From: Sideroxydans lithotrophicus
Lineage (GTDB): Bacteria > Pseudomonadota > Gammaproteobacteria > Burkholderiales > Sulfuriferulaceae
Reading direction: 5' to 3'
DNA length: 35,104 nucleotides
Assembly (NCBI GenBank): GCA_022736605.1
Contig: DZDB01000005.1
Span: 1 to 35,104, forward strand
This document shows, in pieces, positions 9,268 to 20,744 of the stretch. Position numbers and translations under genes: made by a program. Within the stretch, counting starts at the first letter, position 1, and each line of letters starts with the position of its first letter. The notes beneath the pieces are model-generated. The model made no database searches. It was not told the origin of the DNA and worked only from the letters and a program-made list of their open reading frames with translations.

Positions 9268-10350
9268 ATGACCCCCAACCTGCTCGATTACGACCTGCCC
9301 GGCCTGACCGGCTACTTCGCCGAACTCGGCGAAAAGCCGTTTCGCGCCAAACAGGTGATGCGCTGGATGCATCATTTCGGCGCAGCGGATTTCGACGCCA
9401 TGAGCGACCTGGCGAAATCACTGCGCGAAAAGCTCAAGCAGGTTGCCCTCATCACGCCACCGAGCATGATGACCGAGCAGGCATCGAGCGACGGCACGCG
9501 CAAGTGGCTGCTCGACGCAGGCAATCAAAACGGGGTGGAAACCGTCTACATTCCAGACGGCACGCGCGGTACCCTGTGCGTGTCGTCGCAAGTTGGTTGC
9601 GCGCTCGAATGCACCTTCTGCTCGACCGGGCGACAGGGCTTCAACCGCAACCTCAGCGTCGCCGAAATCATCGGCCAGGTGTGGTACGCCAACCATGCCT
9701 TGGGGCGCGACCCGAAAGGCGAACGGGTGATTTCCAACGTGGTGATGATGGGCATGGGCGAGCCGCTGGCGAATTACGCCAACGTCGTCACCGCGCTCAA
9801 CATCATGCTCGACGACAACGCCTATGGCCTGTCGCGCCGCCGTGTCACTGTCAGCACCTCCGGCATCGTACCGGCGATGGACCGGTTGCGCGAAGACTGC
9901 CCGGTGGCGCTGGCGGTATCGCTGCACGCGCCCAACGACGCACTGCGCAACGAGATCGTGCCAATCAACCAGAAATACCCGCTGGCCGAATTGATGGCCG
10001 CGTGCCAGCGCTATCTGGAGCGCGCACCGCGCGACTTCATCACGTTTGAATACGTGATGCTCGACGGCGTCAACGACACACCCGCGCATGCCCGCCAGCT
10101 GATTGAACTGGTGCGCGAAGTGCCGTGCAAGTTCAACCTGATTCCATTCAACCCGTTTCCCAATTCCGGCTACCGCAGTTCGCGCTTTGATGCGATTCAT
10201 CGTTTTCGCGACCTGCTGGTGCAGGCGGGTCACGTTGTCACGACACGCAAAACGCGCGGCGAAGACATCGACGCAGCCTGCGGCCAGCTGGCCGGTCAGG
10301 TACAGGACAAAACCAAGCGGACCTTGCGCCGCATCGAGGTGATACGGTGA
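9268..10350 (+). CDS. rlmN: 23S rRNA m2A2503/tRNA m2A37 radical-SAM methyltransferase
   Basis: [15 protein letters not shown] (CxxxCxxC), [23 protein letters not shown] 9268 preferred over TTG 9241. Confidence 0.96.
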   Translation: MTPNLLDYDLPGLTGYFAELGEKPFRAKQVMRWMHHFGAADFDAMSDLAKSLREKLKQVALITPPSMMTEQASSDGTRKWLLDAGNQNGVETVYIPDGTRGTLCVSSQVGCALECTFCSTGRQGFNRNLSVAEIIGQVWYANHALGRDPKGERVISNVVMMGMGEPLANYANVVTALNIMLDDNAYGLSRRRVTVSTSGIVPAMDRLREDCPVALAVSLHAPNDALRNEIVPINQKYPLAELMAACQRYLERAPRDFITFEYVMLDGVNDTPAHARQLIELVREVPCKFNLIPFNPFPNSGYRSSRFDAIHRFRDLLVQAGHVVTTRKTRGEDIDAACGQLAGQVQDKTKRTLRRIEVIR

Positions 10351-11129
10351 AAAAAATCGGTTTTCTGCTCGCTATGCTGGTGCTGTCAGGCTGCGCCCAA
10401 AATCCCGGCAACCAGGCTGCGCCTGCGACGCAGCAAACGTCCACAGCCAACAGCAGCGATGAAACCAATCGTGCACGCATACACACCGAACTGGCGGCGG
10501 ATTACTTCACCCGCACCCAGTATTCGGTCGCGCTGGAAGAACTGCGCGAGGCGCTGTCGTCGGACAACCGCTATGCCCCGGCCTATAACATGATGGGGCT
10601 GGTATACATGGAACTGAAAGAGGATAAACCAGCGGAAAGCAATTTTTTGCGCGCCATCGCGCTGGCACCTGGCGAATCCGAAACACACAATAACTATGGC
10701 TGGTTTCTGTGCACACGCAATCGCATCCCGGAAGCGCTGACCCAATTCAATATCGCGTTGGCCAATCCGCTTTATCCTTCACCTGAGCGTGCGCTGACCA
10801 ACGCGGGAATCTGTTCGCTCAAAGCCAATAATATAAGTGCTGCACAAGCTTATTTCGAACGCGCGCTGAAACGCCAGCCAAACCAGCCACAAGCGCTATC
10901 GCAACTGGCTACGCTGTATTACCAGCAGGGCCGCTATACGGAAGCAAAGACCTTGCTGGCGCGGTATTTTGAAGTGAGCCCGCCGACTGCCGCAACGCTC
11001 TGGCTCGGTGTGCGCCTGGCACGCCAGACCGGTGACCGCGATGACGAAGCCAGCTATGGGTTTCAAATGCGCAAGCGCTTTGCCGATGCGCCTGAAACCC
11101 GTCTGCTGCTGAATGGGCAATACCAATGA
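10347..11129 (+). CDS. pilW: Type IV pilus biogenesis/stability TPR lipoprotein PilW/PilF
   Basis: Lipobox [29 protein letters not shown] pattern; located between rlmN and rodZ. Confidence 0.9.
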   Translation: MKKIGFLLAMLVLSGCAQNPGNQAAPATQQTSTANSSDETNRARIHTELAADYFTRTQYSVALEELREALSSDNRYAPAYNMMGLVYMELKEDKPAESNFLRAIALAPGESETHNNYGWFLCTRNRIPEALTQFNIALANPLYPSPERALTNAGICSLKANNISAAQAYFERALKRQPNQPQALSQLATLYYQQGRYTEAKTLLARYFEVSPPTAATLWLGVRLARQTGDRDDEASYGFQMRKRFADAPETRLLLNGQYQ

Positions 11130-11929
11130 GTGACGCCAGCCTGTCCGTCGGCGCCCAGCTGGCTCACGCGCGCAAAACGCAAAGCTTGAGCGTGGCCGAT
11201 GTCGCCAACCGCCTCAAGCTCACGCCAAAACAGATTGATTCAATTGAAAGCGATCAGTTTGACAGCCTCGGCCCGGTGTTCAGTCGCGGCTTTGTGCGCA
11301 ACTATGCACGATTGCTCCAGCTTGATGACCAGCAGCTACTGGCTGCCATGCAAACACCCAAGGCAGCCGCTGATGACCTCACCATCCGCGACGAGCACAT
11401 CACCATTTCACGCAGCCTGTCGCAATACTGGCTCAAGCTGATCGGCGCAGTGATCATCGTCGTCATTGCCCTGACACTCGGTGTTTATCAGTGGCTACGT
11501 AACGCGCCAACCCAAACTGTAGCGGCGCCTGCGCCAACAATGCCCGCCCCCGCCACAGCGCCCGTGGTCGCAAGCACGCCCGCAGCGCCGCTTGCTCCAG
11601 TCATGGCACCGGTTGTTTCGACACCCCCGACGCCCGCAGCAACACCAACCGGCAGTATCGCCGCACCCGCCAGCCCAACCGCTGCGGGGGGCAACGCCAC
11701 ATTGGATCTGCGTTTCGCCAAGGATGCTTGGGTCGAAATCACCGATGCTGACAAAAAACGCATCGTGTCGCGCCTGTATCACGCAGGCGAGACCGCCCAA
11801 TTCACCGGCCAACCGCCATTTAACGCCGTCATCGGCAATGCAGCCAACGTCAGCTTGAGCTACAACGGCAAACCGGTTGACCTCACCGCGCACACCAAAG
11901 TCAGCGTGGCGCGCCTGACCATTGAGTAA
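11126..11929 (+). CDS. rodZ: Cytoskeleton protein RodZ (HTH, TM, Pro/Ala linker, DUF4115)
   Basis: N-terminal HTH with [11 protein letters not shown], single TM, AP-rich linker, C-terminal AWVEITD...[14 protein letters not shown]. Confidence 0.9.
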   Translation: MSDASLSVGAQLAHARKTQSLSVADVANRLKLTPKQIDSIESDQFDSLGPVFSRGFVRNYARLLQLDDQQLLAAMQTPKAAADDLTIRDEHITISRSLSQYWLKLIGAVIIVVIALTLGVYQWLRNAPTQTVAAPAPTMPAPATAPVVASTPAAPLAPVMAPVVSTPPTPAATPTGSIAAPASPTAAGGNATLDLRFAKDAWVEITDADKKRIVSRLYHAGETAQFTGQPPFNAVIGNAANVSLSYNGKPVDLTAHTKVSVARLTIE

Positions 11930-11934
11930 CTGCC

Positions 11935-13203
11935 ATGTTTGAATTCCACATCCCGCGCCACAGCACACGCAAAGTCATGATCGGCAGCATCGCCGTCGGT
12001 GGCGATGCGCCCATCGTCGTGCAATCGATGACCAACACCGACACCGCCGATATCGCCGCCACTGCCGAACAGGTTTATGCGTTGTGGCGTGCCGGTTCCG
12101 AGCTGGTGCGCATCACCGTCAACACGCTCGAGGCAGCCGAAGCGGTGCCACGCATCCGCGATTTATTGGCTCAGCGCGGCTGCGATGTGCCACTGATCGG
12201 TGATTTTCACTTTAACGGCCACAAACTGCTGGCGAGTGTGCCGACCTGCGCCGAAGCGTTGGGCAAATACCGCATCAACCCGGGCAACGTCGGCAAAGGC
12301 AGCAAGCGCGACGAACAGTACGCCGCGATGATCGAAACCGCCTGCCGTTATAACAAACCGGTACGCATCGGCGTCAACTGGGGCAGCCTCGATCAGGCGC
12401 TGCTGGCGCGCATGATGGACGATAATGCCCGACTGGCCGACCCACGCGCGCCGGAATGGGTGATGCGCGAAGCGCTGATTACCTCGGCGCTGGAATCCGC
12501 CCGCAAGGCCGAAGAAATCGGCCTGCCCGGCGACCGCATCATTCTGTCGTGCAAATTATCCGGCGTGCAGGACTTGATCAGTACCTACCGCGAACTCGCC
12601 ACGCGCAGCGATTACCCGCTGCACCTCGGCCTGACCGAAGCAGGCATGGGCTCCAAAGGCATCGTTGCCTCGACCGCTGCGTTGTCGGTGCTGCTGCAGG
12701 AAGGCATCGGCGACACCATCCGCATCTCGTTGACGCCGGAACCCGACGGCGACCGCTGCCAGGAGGTCGTGGTTGGCCAGGAAATCCTGCAAACCATGGG
12801 ACTACGCTCGTTCACCCCAATGGTCGTCGCGTGCCCCGGTTGCGGGCGCACCACCAGCACCGTGTTCCAGCATCTGGCGCAGGATATTCAACGCTATCTG
12901 CGCGACCAGATGCCGGTGTGGCGCAAGCATTACCCCGGCGTCGAAGACATGCGCGTGGCAGTGATGGGCTGCGTGGTCAACGGGCCGGGCGAATCGAAAC
13001 ACGCCAACATCGGCATTTCGCTGCCTGGCACCGGCGAAGTACCGGTTGCGCCGGTGTACGTCGATGGCAGCAAAACCGTGACGCTCAAAGGCGACCACAT
13101 TGCCGAAGAATTCCAGCAGATCGTGGAAACCTACGTGCGCAGCCATTACGCCGCAGGCCAGCCGCTGCACCAGGCTAAAACCATCCCGATCACTGTTGTA
13201 TAA
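11935..13203 (+). CDS. ispG: (E)-4-hydroxy-3-methylbut-2-enyl-diphosphate synthase
   Basis: [46 protein letters not shown]. Confidence 0.98.
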   Translation: MFEFHIPRHSTRKVMIGSIAVGGDAPIVVQSMTNTDTADIAATAEQVYALWRAGSELVRITVNTLEAAEAVPRIRDLLAQRGCDVPLIGDFHFNGHKLLASVPTCAEALGKYRINPGNVGKGSKRDEQYAAMIETACRYNKPVRIGVNWGSLDQALLARMMDDNARLADPRAPEWVMREALITSALESARKAEEIGLPGDRIILSCKLSGVQDLISTYRELATRSDYPLHLGLTEAGMGSKGIVASTAALSVLLQEGIGDTIRISLTPEPDGDRCQEVVVGQEILQTMGLRSFTPMVVACPGCGRTTSTVFQHLAQDIQRYLRDQMPVWRKHYPGVEDMRVAVMGCVVNGPGESKHANIGISLPGTGEVPVAPVYVDGSKTVTLKGDHIAEEFQQIVETYVRSHYAAGQPLHQAKTIPITVV

Positions 13204-13238
13204 ACCCGGCCTACCTTGGCTCTCTAAACGATAGATTC

Positions 13239-14504
13239 ATGAGCACTCCTCTCCAGGCCATTCGTGGCATGAACGACATCCTGCCTGAGCACAGCCCACG
13301 CTGGCAGCACTTTGAAAGCGTGGTGCGCGACTGGCTCGCCGCCTATGGCTACCACGAAATCCGCACGCCTATCGTCGAGCAGACCGCGCTGTTCAAACGC
13401 GCCATCGGCGAGGTAACAGATATCGTCGAAAAGGAAATGTATGCATTCGAAGACGCGCTCAACGGCGAACAGCTGGCGCTGCGTCCGGAAGGCACCGCCG
13501 CCTGCGTGCGCGCGGTGATCCAGCACAATCTGCTGTACAACGCGCCGCAGCGGCTGTGGTACGCCGGGCCGATGTTCCGCCACGAACGCCCGCAAAAAGG
13601 CCGCTACCGCCAGTTTCACCAGGTCGGTGTCGAGTCACTTGGCTATGCCGGTCCGGACATGGACGTCGAGCACATCGTCATGACCGCCGACTTATGGCGG
13701 CGCCTGGGCCTGACCGACATCACGCTCGAACTCAATACCCTGGGCAGCAGCGAATCACGCGCGCGCTACCGTACCCGCCTGATCGCCTATTTTGAAGCAC
13801 AGCCAGACCTGCTGGACGAGGACGCCAAGCGCCGCCTGCACAGCAATCCGCTGCGTATTCTCGACAGCAAGAATCCCGCCATGCAGGCGCTGATTGACGC
13901 CGCGCCGCGCCTGCTTGATGACCTCGACGAAGATTCCATCGCGCACTTCGACGGCGTGCAAAGCCTGCTGCGCGCCAATGGCATCGACTACCGCATCAAC
14001 CCACGGCTGGTACGCGGGCTGGATTATTACAACTACACCGTGTTCGAGTGGGTCACCGACAAACTCGGCGCGCAGGGCACGGTGTGCGCCGGTGGTCGCT
14101 ATGACAGCCTGATCGGGCAAATCGGTGGCAAACCCGCACCGGCATGCGGCTACGCGATGGGCGTCGAGCGCCTGTTGGCGCTACTGGACGAGGCAGGCAT
14201 TGCTACACCAGACACCGCCCCCGCCGCCTATATCGTGCACCAGGGCGATGCCGCCACGCCGTTCGCCTGGCAGGTCGCGCGTGCGCTGCGCGAAGCGGGC
14301 TTGGCGGCAGTGCTACACTGCGGCGGCGGCAGCTTTAAATCGCAGATGAAAAAAGCCGACGCCAGCGGCGCACACTATGCGCTCATCATCGGCGACGACG
14401 AAGCCGCCGCCGGGCACATCAGCCTGAAACCCCTGCGTGAAGCCGCCGAACAGGCGCATTGCAGTACCGCACAACTCATTGACCTTTTGAAAGCAAGGAA
14501 ATAA
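13239..14504 (+). CDS. hisS: Histidine--tRNA ligase
   Basis: [45 protein letters not shown]. Confidence 0.98.
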   Translation: MSTPLQAIRGMNDILPEHSPRWQHFESVVRDWLAAYGYHEIRTPIVEQTALFKRAIGEVTDIVEKEMYAFEDALNGEQLALRPEGTAACVRAVIQHNLLYNAPQRLWYAGPMFRHERPQKGRYRQFHQVGVESLGYAGPDMDVEHIVMTADLWRRLGLTDITLELNTLGSSESRARYRTRLIAYFEAQPDLLDEDAKRRLHSNPLRILDSKNPAMQALIDAAPRLLDDLDEDSIAHFDGVQSLLRANGIDYRINPRLVRGLDYYNYTVFEWVTDKLGAQGTVCAGGRYDSLIGQIGGKPAPACGYAMGVERLLALLDEAGIATPDTAPAAYIVHQGDAATPFAWQVARALREAGLAAVLHCGGGSFKSQMKKADASGAHYALIIGDDEAAAGHISLKPLREAAEQAHCSTAQLIDLLKARK

Positions 14505-14509
14505 TCCGC

Positions 14510-15148
14510 ATGGCCTATGATCTGGAAGAGCAGGAAAAGCTCGACGCCCTAAAAGACGCCTGGAACCGTTACGGCAACCTCGCCGTCGGCGCGCTGGCAA
14601 TCCTGGTGATTGGTTTTGCCGGCATGCAATGGTGGAATTATTACCAGCACAAACAATCCGCTGAAGCGGCCAGCCTGTTTGGCACGCTGCAAACTGCGCA
14701 ACAGTCCAACCAGCCCAAGCTGGTCAAAGACACCGCCGCCGCGCTCATTGACAAGTATGCAGGCACCGCCTATGCCGCGCGCGCCGCGCTGATCTCGGCC
14801 AGCAGCAACAGCCAGGCAGGCGATCTCACCAGCGCCCAGGCGCAGTTACAGTGGGTGCTCGACCACAGCAGGGAAAATGGCATGAAACAATTGGCCAGCC
14901 TGCGTTTGGCAGCCTTGCTGATCGAGCAGAAAAAGCCCGCAGACGCGATCAAGCTGCTCGATGCGCCGCACGATGAAGCCTTTGCTGCGCGCTTTGCCGA
15001 TCTCAAGGGCGACGCGCTGATGCAACAGAACCAGCCTGCGCAGGCGCGCGCCAGCTACACCATTGCGCTGGAAAAACTGGACGCACAAAGCCCGTTCCGC
15101 AAATACATCGAAGTCAAACTCGACGCCCTCGGTGGAGAAACCAAATGA
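14510..15148 (+). CDS. yfgM: YfgM-family TPR-like ancillary SecYEG subunit
   Basis: MAYDLEEQE start, one TM, helical periplasmic part with LRLA and DLKGD; hisS-yfgM-bamB synteny. Confidence 0.88.
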   Translation: MAYDLEEQEKLDALKDAWNRYGNLAVGALAILVIGFAGMQWWNYYQHKQSAEAASLFGTLQTAQQSNQPKLVKDTAAALIDKYAGTAYAARAALISASSNSQAGDLTSAQAQLQWVLDHSRENGMKQLASLRLAALLIEQKKPADAIKLLDAPHDEAFAARFADLKGDALMQQNQPAQARASYTIALEKLDAQSPFRKYIEVKLDALGGETK

Positions 15149-16308
15149 GCCCACTATACCGCCTGTCATCCGTGTTGCTGGTCGCCAGTCTGGCGGGCTG
15201 TTCCAGCCTGCCCAGCGTGAATCCGATGAACTGGTTTGGCAGCGCGGGCACTGAAAAACCCGCCGCGCTGACCGAGTTCAAACCACGTGTCAGCGTCAAA
15301 ACCGGCTGGCAGGCAAAAGTCGGCGCGGCGCAGGGCTATGCTTTCGCGCCTGCATTCACTGACAAACGGATTTTCGCCACCGGCCATGATGGTCAGCTAC
15401 ATCAATTCAATGCCGCAACCGGTGCCAGCAGCGGGCAGAGCAGCGTCGGCAGCAAACTGTCTGCGGGTGTGGCTGCGGGCGATGACATTGAAGTGGTCGG
15501 CACACTCAAAGGCCAGCTGCTGGCCTTTGATGGCAGCGGTAAAGCGTTGTGGAAAATCCAGTTGTCGAGCGAAGTGCTGGGCGTGCCGCAAGTTGTCAGC
15601 GGCATCGTCATCGCACGCACAGCAGACGGCCATATCTACGCACTGGACGCCAAAGACGGCAGCCAAAAATGGATGTACGAACGCAGCCTGCCAGCCTTGT
15701 CGCTACGCAGCCAGGCCGGACTGCTGGTGACCCGGGGTGGCGTATTTGCCGGATTCGCGGGCGGCAAACTGGTGGCGCTGGCGCTCGATAACGGCACACT
15801 GGGCTGGGAGGCCAACGTTGCTGTACCAAAAGGCGCATCCGAGATCGAGCGTATCGCCGACATCACCAGCACACCGGTTGCAGACGGCTCACAGGTATGT
15901 GCTACCGCCTATCAGGGACGCGTGGCGTGTTTTGATTTACGCAGTGGCAATCTGCTCTGGTCGCGGGACATTTCCAGCACTGCCGGACTGGCGATCGACG
16001 ACAACAATGTGTATGTCACCGACACCCGGGACGCCGTGATCGCGCTGGAAAAAACCTCTGGCCGCAGCGTATGGAAACAGGACACACTGCGCGCGCGTCA
16101 CCTCACCGCGCCGGCCCGGGTCGGCAATTATCTGGCGGTCGGCGATCTGCAAGGTTACGTGCATTTACTCGCACTTGACGACGGCAGCTTTGCCGGTCGC
16201 GCCGCCACCGATGGCTCGCCCATCATCAGCACGCCACAGGCTCATAACGGCGGCCTGCTGGTACAAACGGCCAATGGCGGCGTTTACGCGTTGACATTGC
16301 AGCCCTAA
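15145..16308 (+). CDS. bamB: Outer membrane protein assembly factor BamB
   Basis: Lipobox LAGC, repeated PQQ-like beta-propeller motifs (ALDAKDGSQKW, ALALDNGTLGW), EIERIADI; synteny. Confidence 0.93.
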   Translation: MSPLYRLSSVLLVASLAGCSSLPSVNPMNWFGSAGTEKPAALTEFKPRVSVKTGWQAKVGAAQGYAFAPAFTDKRIFATGHDGQLHQFNAATGASSGQSSVGSKLSAGVAAGDDIEVVGTLKGQLLAFDGSGKALWKIQLSSEVLGVPQVVSGIVIARTADGHIYALDAKDGSQKWMYERSLPALSLRSQAGLLVTRGGVFAGFAGGKLVALALDNGTLGWEANVAVPKGASEIERIADITSTPVADGSQVCATAYQGRVACFDLRSGNLLWSRDISSTAGLAIDDNNVYVTDTRDAVIALEKTSGRSVWKQDTLRARHLTAPARVGNYLAVGDLQGYVHLLALDDGSFAGRAATDGSPIISTPQAHNGGLLVQTANGGVYALTLQP

Positions 16309-16341
16309 TTTTTAGCCAGACTGGTCTGGCGGTTACTTATC

Positions 16342-17754
16342 ATGAAACCCACGCTCGTACTTGTCGGCCGCCCCAATGTGGGCAAATCGACACTGTTCAA
16401 CCGCCTCACCAAAACCCGCGACGCCATCGTTGCGGATATGCCCGGCCTGACACGTGACCGCCATTACGGCCACGGCAAAATCGGTGAAAAACCATTTCTG
16501 GTGGTTGATACGGGTGGCTTCGAGCCGGTCGTCAAGGACGGCATCATGCACGAAATGGCACGCCAGACCTTGCAGGCGGTCGATGAAGCCGACGTGATCC
16601 TGTTCATGGTCGACGTACGCACCGGCTGCACGGCGCAGGACAAAATCATCGCCGATCGCCTGCGTCAAAGCGGCTGCCCGGTGTTTCTGGTGGTCAACAA
16701 GACCGAAGGCATGCGCCGCGAAGTCGTCACCGCCGAGTTTCACGAACTGGCGCTGGGCGACCCGCTGGCGATTTCTGCCAGCCACGGCGAAGGCGTAGAG
16801 GAACTGGTCGAGCTGGCGTTGGAAAGCTTCCCGGACGAGCCAGATGTTGACGCTGATCACCACCCGAAAATTGCCATCGTCGGTCGCCCCAACGTCGGCA
16901 AATCGACGCTGGTCAACACGCTGTTAGGCGAAGAGCGCGTCATCGCGTTTGATCAGCCCGGCACCACGCGCGACAGCATTTACATTGATTTTGAACGTGC
17001 CGGTAAAAAATACACCCTGATCGACACCGCCGGGGTGCGCCGCCGAGGCAAGATTTTTGAAGCCATCGAGAAATTCTCGGTGGTCAAAACCCTGCAAGCC
17101 ATCGAAGACTGCAACGTCGTGGTACTGGTGCTGGACGCCCAGTCGGACATTACCGAACAGGACGCACATATGGCCGGCTTCGTCCTCGAAACCGGTCGCG
17201 CACTGGTGGTGGCGGTGAACAAGTGGGACGACCTCGATGATTACCAGCGCGATACCGTCAAGCGCGACATTTCGCGCAAGCTGCAATTCCTTGAATTCGC
17301 CAAATTCCACTATATTTCGGCACTCAAGGGCACCGGCGTCGGCAGCCTGATCGGCTCGGTGGATCAGGCCTACAACGCCGCCATGGCAAAACTGCCGACA
17401 CCACAACTCACACGCATCCTGATGGATGCGGTGATGGCGCACCAGCCACCCAAGTCCGGGCCGTTCCGCCCGAAACCGCGCTACGCACACCAGGGTGGCA
17501 TGAACCCACCGCTGATCGTGGTGCACGGCAGTGCGCTGGATAAAATCGCCGACAGCTACAAGCGCTATCTGGAAAATACCTTCCGCCAGGCGTTCAAGTT
17601 GCAAGGCACGCCGCTGCGCGTGCAGTTCAACGTCGGTGCCAATCCATTCGCCGGACGCAAACCCGCGCCACCCACCGACAGCGAAAAACGCGCGGCGCAC
17701 CGCAAGCGCATGGTGGGTCGTAAACTCTACGGGAAACAACGCAAGAAAGACTGA
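16342..17754 (+). CDS. der: Ribosome biogenesis GTPase Der (EngA)
   Basis: Two G domains ([10 protein letters not shown] twice; DTGG/DTAG; NKTE/NKWD) plus KH-like C-terminus. Confidence 0.98.
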   Translation: MKPTLVLVGRPNVGKSTLFNRLTKTRDAIVADMPGLTRDRHYGHGKIGEKPFLVVDTGGFEPVVKDGIMHEMARQTLQAVDEADVILFMVDVRTGCTAQDKIIADRLRQSGCPVFLVVNKTEGMRREVVTAEFHELALGDPLAISASHGEGVEELVELALESFPDEPDVDADHHPKIAIVGRPNVGKSTLVNTLLGEERVIAFDQPGTTRDSIYIDFERAGKKYTLIDTAGVRRRGKIFEAIEKFSVVKTLQAIEDCNVVVLVLDAQSDITEQDAHMAGFVLETGRALVVAVNKWDDLDDYQRDTVKRDISRKLQFLEFAKFHYISALKGTGVGSLIGSVDQAYNAAMAKLPTPQLTRILMDAVMAHQPPKSGPFRPKPRYAHQGGMNPPLIVVHGSALDKIADSYKRYLENTFRQAFKLQGTPLRVQFNVGANPFAGRKPAPPTDSEKRAAHRKRMVGRKLYGKQRKKD

Positions 17755-17799
17755 ATGTTGTAGCTGCGTTAAACTTGCCCAAAAGGAGGCAGGAAAATA

Positions 17800-18876
17800 A
17801 TGAGTGAAGCCAACGAAGTCCGTGAAATCCGCATCAACCCGATCGTGCCGAGCGAGTCAGTACTGGTTGCCACCGCGCGCAGCATGCGGCCCAAAAAAGC
17901 CGAGGCACTGGCGCCGCGCGACACACGCAAGCACGTTGAAACCTGCCCGTTCTGTCGCGGCAACGAAGACCGCACCCCCCCGCAGATACTGACCTATCCG
18001 GCCAGCGGTGACTGGCACATCCGCATCGTCGAAAATCTCTATCCGGTGCTGGGCGACGAGCGCAATCAGCCCAATTTCAGCTTTGGTTTGCAACAGACGA
18101 TCGACGGTTATGGCCGTCATGAGGTCATCATCGACCATTTCGAGCATGGCACTGCAGTACACGACATGAGTACCGATCATTTATCCATGCTGTTTGGCGC
18201 CTATCGCGACCGCATGGCGCAGATATTCGCATCGGATGCACGCCTGAAATACGTGCTGGTGTTCAAGAATTTCGGTCCGGCCGCCGGGGCGTCGATTCCG
18301 CACACCCACAGCCAGGTCATTGCCATGCCGGTGGTGCCGGAAAATGTACAAAACGAAGTCAACAACAGCCACGAGTATTTCCACAAACACCACCACTGCA
18401 TCTTCTGCGCGCTGATCGACGAGGCGCTGACCTTCGAAGCGACCATCTACGACCGCAATTCGGGCGAAGTCCGGCGCAAAATCGACGTCGGTCAATACGT
18501 GGTGGAACGCGGCGAAAAATTCATCGCCATCAAACCGTTCGCCAGTCGCTTTGAATGGGAGGTGCATATTCTGCCATTGAGCCACCAGGCCGATTTTCTC
18601 GCCATCAACGATACCGACCTGGCCGACCTGGCAGCGGTGTTGAAGCGCACCATGGCGCGGCTGGAAGCGGTCATCGGTGGCGCACAATACAACTATTTCC
18701 TGCATTCAGTGCCGCACGACGAACATACAGGCGAGCATGCGGCCAGCTACCACTGGCATCTGGAAATCTGCCCACGCACTTCCATTCCCACCGGCTTCGA
18801 ACTCGGCTCTGGCCTGTTCGTCAACACCATCAGTCCAGAAGCTGCCGCCGCACAGTTGCGAGCTGCGACCATCTGA
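17800..18876 (+). CDS. GalT-family (HIT superfamily) nucleotidyltransferase / possible ADP-glucose phosphorylase
   Basis: CPFC, GRHEVII, FKNFGPAAGASIPHTHSQ (HxHxQ), CIFC, YHWHLEI, GFELGSG; AGGAGG RBS region upstream. Substrate cannot be assigned from sequence. Confidence 0.88.
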   Translation: MSEANEVREIRINPIVPSESVLVATARSMRPKKAEALAPRDTRKHVETCPFCRGNEDRTPPQILTYPASGDWHIRIVENLYPVLGDERNQPNFSFGLQQTIDGYGRHEVIIDHFEHGTAVHDMSTDHLSMLFGAYRDRMAQIFASDARLKYVLVFKNFGPAAGASIPHTHSQVIAMPVVPENVQNEVNNSHEYFHKHHHCIFCALIDEALTFEATIYDRNSGEVRRKIDVGQYVVERGEKFIAIKPFASRFEWEVHILPLSHQADFLAINDTDLADLAAVLKRTMARLEAVIGGAQYNYFLHSVPHDEHTGEHAASYHWHLEICPRTSIPTGFELGSGLFVNTISPEAAAAQLRAATI

Positions 18877-18895
18877 ACCGCGCCACCCGCCTATC

Positions 18896-20704
18896 ATGCC
18901 GACCTCACTCGCCACACAAGACCGCATGCACACGCTGTGGCAGGTAGCCACGGATCGATCGCTGGATCAGCACCAGAAAATCGACGCCATGCTCAAGGCC
19001 GCCACGCTCGCGCTCGACATGGACGTGGCACTGCTGGGCGAAACCAATTCGGAATACATACTCCGCCATGTATATGACATCAGCGGCCTGTTCCAGCTGC
19101 CGTGGCAAATCGCGCTGGATCAGACGGTTTGCTATCAGGTCCAGCTACACCAGCAAAGTGTGTTTCTGGATGACCTGGCTGCCGATCCGGTGTATCGGCA
19201 ACACCCACTTTTTACCCAGTTCAAGTTTGCCGTCTACGCTGGGGCACCGCTCTGGGTGGGAGACATGCCCTACGGCAGCCTGTCATTCCTGCGCCGCACA
19301 CCGCGCCAGCAACCGTATACCCCGGATGACAAAACCTTCATGGAATTACTCGCCGCCTGGTTTGGCCAGATGCTGCTGCAAATCGAGCAACAGAGTGAAT
19401 TGCGCGCGCAGGCCTTGACCGACATGCTCACCGGCCTGCCTAACCGCCGTGCCGCAGAAATACGTCTGGCCGAAGAATTTGCACGCAGCCAGCGCGATGG
19501 CCTGCCCTTTGCCATTGCCATTTGCGACCTGGATCGCTTCAAGCTGATCAATGATCATTACGGCCATGAAATCGGCGACCGGGTATTACAGGCAACCGCC
19601 CATACCCTGCACAACCAAATGCGCGAAGGTGACTGGCTGGCACGCTGGGGTGGCGAAGAATTTCTGGTTTATCTGCACCAGGTCGACCACGCGCAGGCAT
19701 TCAGCGTCATGGATCGCTTGCGTCAGGCATACCAGCAATTCCCGATCAGTACCGCGCATGGCATGCTCAAGCTAAGTCTGAGCGCAGGTGTCAGCGTCAG
19801 CCAGAACGAAACCGCAACTGAATTGACACGCATTCTCGCAGAGGCGGACAGCGCTTTGTACGAGGCCAAAAACGCTGGCCGCGATCGCGTCATCATGCAC
19901 CAGGCTGCACAACGTAACATGCGGTGGAAAGCCGGAGAATTGCAGTCGGCATTGCATGATGCGCGAGTGATACCGGCGTATCAGGTCATGATGGATCTGC
20001 GCAGCAACACCGCCGTTGCCGACGAAGCCCTGGCGCGCCTGGTTGGCAAGGATGGCCGCATCATCCCGGCGGCGGATTTTATTGAAGCCGCAGAAGGCTT
20101 GCAGCTGATACACCTGGTCGACGAAACCATCGTGCGCCAGGCCATGTCGCGTTGTGCCACCCGCCTGGGAGCAGGCGCATCCGGTGCGTTCGCGCATTTT
20201 GTCAATCTGTCGCCCCAGTTTCTCGCACGACCCGAACTGGTTCAGCAGCTGCTGACCAATGCGCAACAGATTTGTGGCAGCTGCAGTGTGGCGCAAGACG
20301 CAATCAAACCGCTGGTGTTTGAAATCACCGAACGCCAGTTCATCAGCAACTTCGACTTGCTGGTACGTGAAGTCCAGCCATTGCTGGACTATGGTTTCCG
20401 CCTCGCGCTGGACGACTTCGGCAGCGGCTTTTCATCATTTCTCTATCTTGCCAAACTGCCCATCAGTTTTCTAAAAATTGAAGGCTGGATGGTGGCCAAT
20501 ATGCGCCATAACCCCAAGATAAAGGACATGATACAAAGCATCGTTGACCTCTGCCTGCGGCAAAACATCACCACCATTGCAGAAAACGTCGAAGATGCAG
20601 AAACGGCGGAACTCCTGCTGGAAATGGGCGTCAATTGGGGGCAGGGATTTCACTTTGGCCGTCCGCAACTCGACATGAACAGCCAAGCCATCGTTACATT
20701 ATAA
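18896..20704 (+). CDS. Cytoplasmic GAF-GGDEF-EAL c-di-GMP signalling protein
   Basis: GAF (TVC...YAGAPL..GSLSF); DMLTGLPNRR, DLDRFKLINDHYGHEIGD, REGD I-site, GGEEF; EALAR, VNLS, EITE, DDFGSGFSS, KIEG, AENVE, GQGF. ATG 18896 preferred over 18677. Confidence 0.93.
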   Translation: MPTSLATQDRMHTLWQVATDRSLDQHQKIDAMLKAATLALDMDVALLGETNSEYILRHVYDISGLFQLPWQIALDQTVCYQVQLHQQSVFLDDLAADPVYRQHPLFTQFKFAVYAGAPLWVGDMPYGSLSFLRRTPRQQPYTPDDKTFMELLAAWFGQMLLQIEQQSELRAQALTDMLTGLPNRRAAEIRLAEEFARSQRDGLPFAIAICDLDRFKLINDHYGHEIGDRVLQATAHTLHNQMREGDWLARWGGEEFLVYLHQVDHAQAFSVMDRLRQAYQQFPISTAHGMLKLSLSAGVSVSQNETATELTRILAEADSALYEAKNAGRDRVIMHQAAQRNMRWKAGELQSALHDARVIPAYQVMMDLRSNTAVADEALARLVGKDGRIIPAADFIEAAEGLQLIHLVDETIVRQAMSRCATRLGAGASGAFAHFVNLSPQFLARPELVQQLLTNAQQICGSCSVAQDAIKPLVFEITERQFISNFDLLVREVQPLLDYGFRLALDDFGSGFSSFLYLAKLPISFLKIEGWMVANMRHNPKIKDMIQSIVDLCLRQNITTIAENVEDAETAELLLEMGVNWGQGFHFGRPQLDMNSQAIVTL

Positions 20705-20715
20705 ATCGCTAATAT

Positions 20716-20744
20716 TTGCCGGATAGCTCGCATATCCGCATAAT
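20716..20744 (+). promoter_or_regulatory. Putative sigma70 promoter of hfq
   Basis: TTGCCG (20716-20721), 17 bp spacer, CATAAT (20739-20744), followed by an A/T-rich leader and GGGAG RBS. Confidence 0.6.

Noticed and set aside
11510-11695. Pro/Ala/Thr low-complexity tract in rodZ
   Set aside because: Normal RodZ periplasmic linker, not a DNA-level repeat.
16291-16330. TTGACA at the end of bamB and small hairpin GCCAGAC-tg-GTCTGGC before der
   Set aside because: No credible -10 at 16-18 bp spacing and no U-tract; not enough to call a promoter or terminator.
18677-18895. 73-aa extension of the GAF-GGDEF-EAL ORF
   Set aside because: It overlaps the conserved 3' end of the GalT-like gene by 200 nt; ATG 18896 sits just before the GAF domain.
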